Source: an uncultured virus (IMG/VR IMGVR_UViG_3300023231_000362) (Duplodnaviria > Heunggongvirae > Uroviricota > Caudoviricetes). Taken from it: a stretch of DNA of 64,000 bases. The DNA lies in the IMG/VR virus record IMGVR_UViG_3300023231_000362. One strand, 5' to 3'. The translations under genes were made by a program, and so were the position numbers. This document shows positions 59,198 through 64,000 of the stretch, piece after piece. Within the stretch, counting starts at the first letter, position 1. The number at the start of each line of letters is the position of its first letter. Under the pieces are notes generated by a model, which made no database searches, was not told the origin of the DNA, and saw only the letters and a list, made by a program, of their open reading frames with translations.

Positions 59198-59775
59198 TTA
59201 TAGTAGCACACCCAGATGACTGTGCTATACTTGCTGGAGGATTTATACAACGATATAAATCCAAGATCAACTTTGATATATGCTATCTAACATATCGACA
59301 CCAGGACAGCAGAGCTCGGGAACTTGCCAAATTTTGGTTAGCAAGAAATATCGATACACAGTTTTTAGGCTATGTAGATGACTACCGTGACATGGAACAC
59401 GGTATAAGTTTTGATACTGCACAGGCAGAATTAGATATAATAAGAGTAGTTAAGAAGACACAGGCAGAATTAGATATAATAAGAAAGAAGAACTATGACC
59501 TAGTAGTTACGCATGCCAAGGACGGAGACTATGGACACATACACCACAAGTTTGTACATGAGTGTGTAACAAAGATTGATGTACCCAAGGTTTACTTTGC
59601 TAACACAGAAGTGTATAATAATAAAATAGTGGAAAAGTCATGGTATACTCTTGATGAGTTACCTCTACATAGTGCTGTTATAAAAGACGAGTGGAGTTAT
59701 CTAACAGGCGAATACTACTATAACATAACAGAGGACGCACACCAAATAATATATGAGAATACTAACACTCAATGA
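59170..59775 (+). CDS. PIG-L/LmbE-family deacetylase
   Basis: AHPDD and TH...GDYGHIHH motifs. Confidence 0.8.
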   Translation: MDVSKITGLVIVAHPDDCAILAGGFIQRYKSKINFDICYLTYRHQDSRARELAKFWLARNIDTQFLGYVDDYRDMEHGISFDTAQAELDIIRVVKKTQAELDIIRKKNYDLVVTHAKDGDYGHIHHKFVHECVTKIDVPKVYFANTEVYNNKIVEKSWYTLDELPLHSAVIKDEWSYLTGEYYYNITEDAHQIIYENTNTQ

Positions 59776-60318
59776 CTGACAACACAAAAACAAGCAGTGA
59801 AGAAGACTTTGACTGGTTCAGTAACAATGGTATTTTTATGCCAATGATCAACGACACTGGTAGGAACATTGCATATAAAAAAGCAATTGAGAAAATAGCG
59901 CCTGGCAGTATCATGTGTGACATAGGCACAGGTACAGGATTGTTAAGTATATTAGCCGCCAAAGCTGGAGCCAAAAAAGTCTACAGTATCGAAATGGACA
60001 AGGGCAGGGCTGAGTTTGCAATAAAAATAATTCAAAAACTTGGTCTTGACGATACTATACAAGTCATTAACAAAAATTTTTACAATTGCGACAGAAATGA
60101 TATCCCAGACGATGTGGATTATTTTGTTTCTGAAACAATTGGATCACAAATATTCGACGAAGAAATAATACAAATAGCCAACAAGTCAAAAGAGTAATGT
60201 AGAACATACCATATGGGGTAGTCCTGCAAAAACAATTTTAGCCAGAGTAAGAAACACAAACGCCGATATAAAAATATGGTACGATCATAAAATAGAAAAC
60301 TGGAGACTGAATTACTAA
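59772..60318 (+). pseudogene. Internally deleted, frameshifted paralog of the 58256 methyltransferase
   Basis: N-half 59772-60197; C-terminal piece NVEHTIWG...IKIWYDHKIENWRLNY* in the +1 frame at 60196-60318. Confidence 0.7.
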
Positions 60319-60818
60319 TGCGAATTTTAACACTTGAGAATAAATCTTTTGAAATGAACGCAATACCTGATGACGTAGGTGATTTGCGTTTCTGCGTACT
60401 AGACAACTCAGATGCCAAGGATCCAGATTATTTCTTTATCCCATTAATCTTTATGGAATCATTTAATAGTCCTGCACTTGTGTTAAACATTGGCAATAAT
60501 ATTATCAAGATGCCGGTAGACTGGCAAATTCTAATTGGTGAGCCTGATTTAGGTGACCTAGAAGTACTTCCTCTCACAAGTGTTAATGACAGAGGGTTTA
60601 GTGCGTTTGCGTTTAATCCTCGTAGCAGTTATCGACCTGAGTTTTACCCAATAGAAATAGTTGACATATACCAAGATGTAAAGTGGTACTTTCCTAAACT
60701 TAAACCTGGACAGCTATTGGCAGTGCCACTGACTAAGGGCGATAAACCACTGTGTGCATATTTCGTTAAAGATATAAGCAGACAAAGTGAAGTTGTAGAT
60801 TACAGCAAAGTATGGTAG
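60318..60818 (+). CDS. Hypothetical protein in the replication module
   Basis: GGAG SD and TAATG overlap. Confidence 0.7.
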   Translation: MRILTLENKSFEMNAIPDDVGDLRFCVLDNSDAKDPDYFFIPLIFMESFNSPALVLNIGNNIIKMPVDWQILIGEPDLGDLEVLPLTSVNDRGFSAFAFNPRSSYRPEFYPIEIVDIYQDVKWYFPKLKPGQLLAVPLTKGDKPLCAYFVKDISRQSEVVDYSKVW

Positions 60819-61279
60819 ATAAGTTATCAATTAAAAACGAAATGGCCATGGTTGATGGCAAGGTGCGTGATTTCTACGACGACCTTACTGAAGATGAACG
60901 TAAGAAGTTTAGTCCTTATGTACTAATGAAGTTTTCAGCAAACGTGTCTGGCAACCTGGACCTTGCTGAGTATTACTTGCGTAGGTGCAATGACACAACA
61001 AATAAAGACTTCTTTAACATTAACAAACACCCCAAACTTCAGTGGTTATGCACAACAACCATAAGTCCTAAGATGGGAAACACATACCATTATTGGTTAA
61101 CAACTCCTAAGAACGGCAGTACCAGTAACAAGGAGCGCAAGTTCTTGCAACAGATATACCCCAATGCCAAGGAAGATGAGTTGGAGTTATTGGTGAAAAT
61201 TAACACCAAAGCCGACCTTAAGGAACACGCTCGACAACTAGGTTGGTCTGACAAAGAGATTAAAGATGCCTTTAAATAA
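60812..61279 (+). CDS. Possible clamp-loader small subunit (T4 gp62-like)
   Basis: KKFSPYVLMK...N...HPKLQW...HYWL pattern; size and context. Confidence 0.45.
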   Translation: MVDKLSIKNEMAMVDGKVRDFYDDLTEDERKKFSPYVLMKFSANVSGNLDLAEYYLRRCNDTTNKDFFNINKHPKLQWLCTTTISPKMGNTYHYWLTTPKNGSTSNKERKFLQQIYPNAKEDELELLVKINTKADLKEHARQLGWSDKEIKDAFK

Positions 61280-61844
61280 ATTTCTTGGCTACAACACAAG
61301 TCACACTGTGATTAATGGTGAACATTTTTATCAGATAAAAGACTTCCTTGATGACAGTACTCAACTGCAAATGGTTGCAGATATTGATCGCTTTAAAAGA
61401 GAACATCAGGGAATTCATCCACATGTAGCTGGAAACTCAGTAACTGATATGCATACTCGTGAACAGTTTCAAACTACATTGTGGCGGACATTTTACGATA
61501 CTATTGTTAAGATTGTGTCAGAAATTGAGGGGCAGGAGTTGCACATAATTAACGCATGGTCAGCAACAGCACATGCAAACAATGTCGATGACTCCCACTG
61601 GCATCAACACTTAACTGCTTATTCATTGGTGTACTATCTACGTAATTTTGATCCTGCTCATGGCACACACTGGAAACCAGCTGACGATGAGGAGTTTATG
61701 ATATTTGGTTATGAGAACAGCATATCATTTTTTACTGCCAACTGGTCACATGATGGCGTAATGCCTCGCTGGAGACGAGAGCAGTATCTAACTGAACATC
61801 CAAGGCATGTACTAGCGGCAGAGATAGCCTGGGGGCCTGGATGA
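61266..61844 (+). CDS. 2OG-Fe(II) oxygenase-like protein
   Basis: WHQH, VYYL, GT, distal H and R. Confidence 0.55.
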   Translation: MPLNKFLGYNTSHTVINGEHFYQIKDFLDDSTQLQMVADIDRFKREHQGIHPHVAGNSVTDMHTREQFQTTLWRTFYDTIVKIVSEIEGQELHIINAWSATAHANNVDDSHWHQHLTAYSLVYYLRNFDPAHGTHWKPADDEEFMIFGYENSISFFTANWSHDGVMPRWRREQYLTEHPRHVLAAEIAWGPG

Positions 61845-62575
61845 TATCACATGTTGTAGCCAACGGGTGCAGTTACATGGACACGTATACTAGAGGCCGA
61901 GGTCATGACGACCTAGCATTAAATCTGCAAATGCAAAGTGAAGACATCAGTATTACAGGCAGTGCGAACAGTAGAATTATAAGAACAACACTCAAACATA
62001 GTTACGAGTCAGAATACAAGTCACTGTATGTTATTGGACTTACCTTTATCAGCAGAGAAGAATTACCTATTTGCCGTTACGATGAGTACTCTTTTCCTAA
62101 GGAACAAGACATATGGGAAGGGGCGTGGTCTAATCCACAAAATCAACAATTTGGTAAGAATAGATGGATACCCCAATGGACTGATGCTGATACAAAACAA
62201 TGGAAACTGTTTAGAGAAAAGTACGAAGTAGGCACCATGGTGGATAGACTAGAAAACCTTATGTACCAAATGTTGTCATTGATTGATAGTTTGACACAAC
62301 GTGGACATAGCTGTATAATATATCAACAAGCAGACCATTGGTGGGACGGTATGTTGCCTGAAGAGTTCAACAGGATACGGCTATTAGCAGGACATAAAAA
62401 TATCATAGGTGATTTTAAGTGGTGTGCAATACGAGAACAACACCGAGCAGGAGTGGCATGTGTGCCTGGCGAAGAACACATTGAGGCTGAAATTCGACAC
62501 AGACAACCTGGCGAACACAAGTGGTTGAATGATTATTTGGAAACGCATATAAGAAAACATGAGTTACACCTGTAA
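61841..62575 (+). CDS. SGNH-like (DUF6071-like) protein
   Basis: NGCSY, GSANSRIIRTT and IGLTF..R.E motifs. Confidence 0.5.
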   Translation: MISHVVANGCSYMDTYTRGRGHDDLALNLQMQSEDISITGSANSRIIRTTLKHSYESEYKSLYVIGLTFISREELPICRYDEYSFPKEQDIWEGAWSNPQNQQFGKNRWIPQWTDADTKQWKLFREKYEVGTMVDRLENLMYQMLSLIDSLTQRGHSCIIYQQADHWWDGMLPEEFNRIRLLAGHKNIIGDFKWCAIREQHRAGVACVPGEEHIEAEIRHRQPGEHKWLNDYLETHIRKHELHL

Positions 62576-63242
62576 GTATTGTACCAAGAGCTATCGCAAG
62601 GAATCAACACTTGCGGTACATCTTTGCGAGCCCAAACGTAGAGTACAACAAGAGTCTGAAACAGGTGTGCAGTTTGGACTCAGGGCATATAAGCGTTTTT
62701 ATGAGATAACTCAAGGGTCAGCACGTACTAAAGACTACGAGGACTTTGCTAAGAGCCCATACTATATTGCATTTGTAAAGTTTGGACGTTATTGTGTAGA
62801 CATACGTGCCATAAACTTTGTGAACTTTTGTGAATGGTTACTGAAAAACAATAAAAAGATTGACCACTGGACAAAAGACAAGTTGTACCAAGAATGGATG
62901 TTGCCCTACATAAAACGTGAACAGTCACAAGACGCACTTGAACGTGGTGTTAAAGAAATGTTGGACTATTGCGAGGAACATCCTGAACTTAAGAATGGTA
63001 TTACGGATTACTTTAGATATGCTAACAGCAATCGTATATGTCATCACATCAGCACAGGCAGAGTAAGCGCATGGCTAGTGTTTAATAGCGACAGCGGACG
63101 AGAGTTTTTAGATACATTGAATGAAGAACAACTTGCTATTGTGTATCCTTACATTGACCCAGAGTACTGGCAACGTAGGTTTATAGATTTTGTAGCAGAC
63201 ACAGAGTGGGTTACACAGGCACTTAAGGACATTAGGCTATGA
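62559..63242 (+). CDS. Zn-finger-containing phage protein
   Basis: CKYC...H.C at the N-terminus. Confidence 0.65.
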   Translation: MSYTCKYCTKSYRKESTLAVHLCEPKRRVQQESETGVQFGLRAYKRFYEITQGSARTKDYEDFAKSPYYIAFVKFGRYCVDIRAINFVNFCEWLLKNNKKIDHWTKDKLYQEWMLPYIKREQSQDALERGVKEMLDYCEEHPELKNGITDYFRYANSNRICHHISTGRVSAWLVFNSDSGREFLDTLNEEQLAIVYPYIDPEYWQRRFIDFVADTEWVTQALKDIRL

Positions 63243-63808
63243 AGTTTCAAGCAGATATTGACATAGACTTTGGTGCCAGAGATCGAATACTCGAACACAT
63301 TAAACATATTCCTGCCAGCATATATCGCAATGAAGAGTTTGTGCCGCATAACACAGGCGTGTATGTAAATAATATACCACAACACCCAATAACTAAGTTA
63401 GCAAGCATTGACCATAAAGAAGCAGAACAGCGTGGTTATGTTAAACTAGACTTTCTAAATGTTAGTGTGTATCAGCAGATTCAGTCAGAAGAAGAGCTTG
63501 ATGTGTTAATGGCCACAGAGCCTCCCTGGGCTAGATTACAAGACCCAGAGTTTGTAAAGAACATCATACATATCAGCAACCATTATGATATTGTTCAAAA
63601 ACTAAAACCTCAGACTGTTGATGAGATGGCGGCTGTACTAGCAATCATACGTCCCAGTAAACGGTATTTGTTAAACAAAGACTGGGCGACTATTAATCAG
63701 GAAGTATGGACTACACCCAGAGATGGCAGTTACTACTTCAAGAAAAGTCATGCAACTAGTTATGCATATCTTGTAATAGTGCATATGAACTTGTTAAATA
63801 TGATATGA
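63239..63808 (+). CDS. Miniature DnaE (Pol III alpha)-like C-family polymerase core
   Basis: DIDIDF, HNTGVY, KLDFL, IIRP and FKKSHATSYA motifs in 189 aa. Confidence 0.8.
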   Translation: MKFQADIDIDFGARDRILEHIKHIPASIYRNEEFVPHNTGVYVNNIPQHPITKLASIDHKEAEQRGYVKLDFLNVSVYQQIQSEEELDVLMATEPPWARLQDPEFVKNIIHISNHYDIVQKLKPQTVDEMAAVLAIIRPSKRYLLNKDWATINQEVWTTPRDGSYYFKKSHATSYAYLVIVHMNLLNMI

Positions 63809-64000
63809 AAATCTATATTGATCACGTAGCTGAGTGTATGCAAGATTTTGTTGAGTATACTCTAAACACTGTTTTTGTTACCGGAAATTTTAGTATCACT
63901 TTGGCGCAGACGAGGTCAATGCAAGAACGTATCTTTTCAGTTAACAATGCCACACTAAACAATCTGGATGGTGATAACAGAATCTATATCGAGTTTACTC
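63805..64000 (+). CDS. Hypothetical protein, 3'-truncated by the window edge
   Basis: ATGA overlap; open to the window end. Confidence 0.5.
   Translation, partial: MKIYIDHVAECMQDFVEYTLNTVFVTGNFSITLAQTRSMQERIFSVNNATLNNLDGDNRIYIEFT

Noticed and set aside
790..63385. Many short antisense or alternate-frame ORFs in the track (for example 790-1020, 1171-1683, 12769-13107, 31954-32355, 57030-57350)
   Set aside because: Shadows of well-supported genes, without SD, promoter or recognisable motifs
1..64000. Stop-codon reassignment
   Set aside because: Core genes are full length in the standard code, and TAA, TAG and TGA all terminate genes

Overview
The window is part of a large T4-like (jumbo-type) myophage genome, AT-rich, standard genetic code, with an inferred aquatic proteobacterial host. 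1-27 kb is morphogenesis: Thr/Ser-rich tail-fibre-like genes, neck and tail-completion genes, sheath, tube, head-completion nuclease, probable internal head proteins and large terminase. 27-64 kb carries replication and recombination genes (gp32-like SSB, UvsX, UvsY, UvsW, AAA ATPase, clamp-loader-like subunit, a 189-aa miniature DnaE-like polymerase) interleaved with many modification enzymes: four radical SAM proteins, SDR, 2OG-Fe oxygenases, a sulfotransferase-like protein, a carbamoyltransferase, about eight glycosyltransferase-like proteins, methyltransferases, and Gmd plus a ColD-like dehydratase. Most notable: (1) a host-like Fe-S assembly cassette (nfu stub - sufB - sufC stub - nfu) with acquisition scars; (2) candidate anti-Shine-Dalgarno small RNAs at 54.73-54.82 kb and after gp32; (3) a TAAATA-N5/6-start pattern implying leaderless late mRNAs; (4) sigma70-type early promoters with a conserved spacer motif and IHF-like boxes; (5) capsid-targeting-like N-termini, one on a PD-(D/E)xK nuclease. 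All calls come from motif recognition by eye; no searches or folding programs were run.
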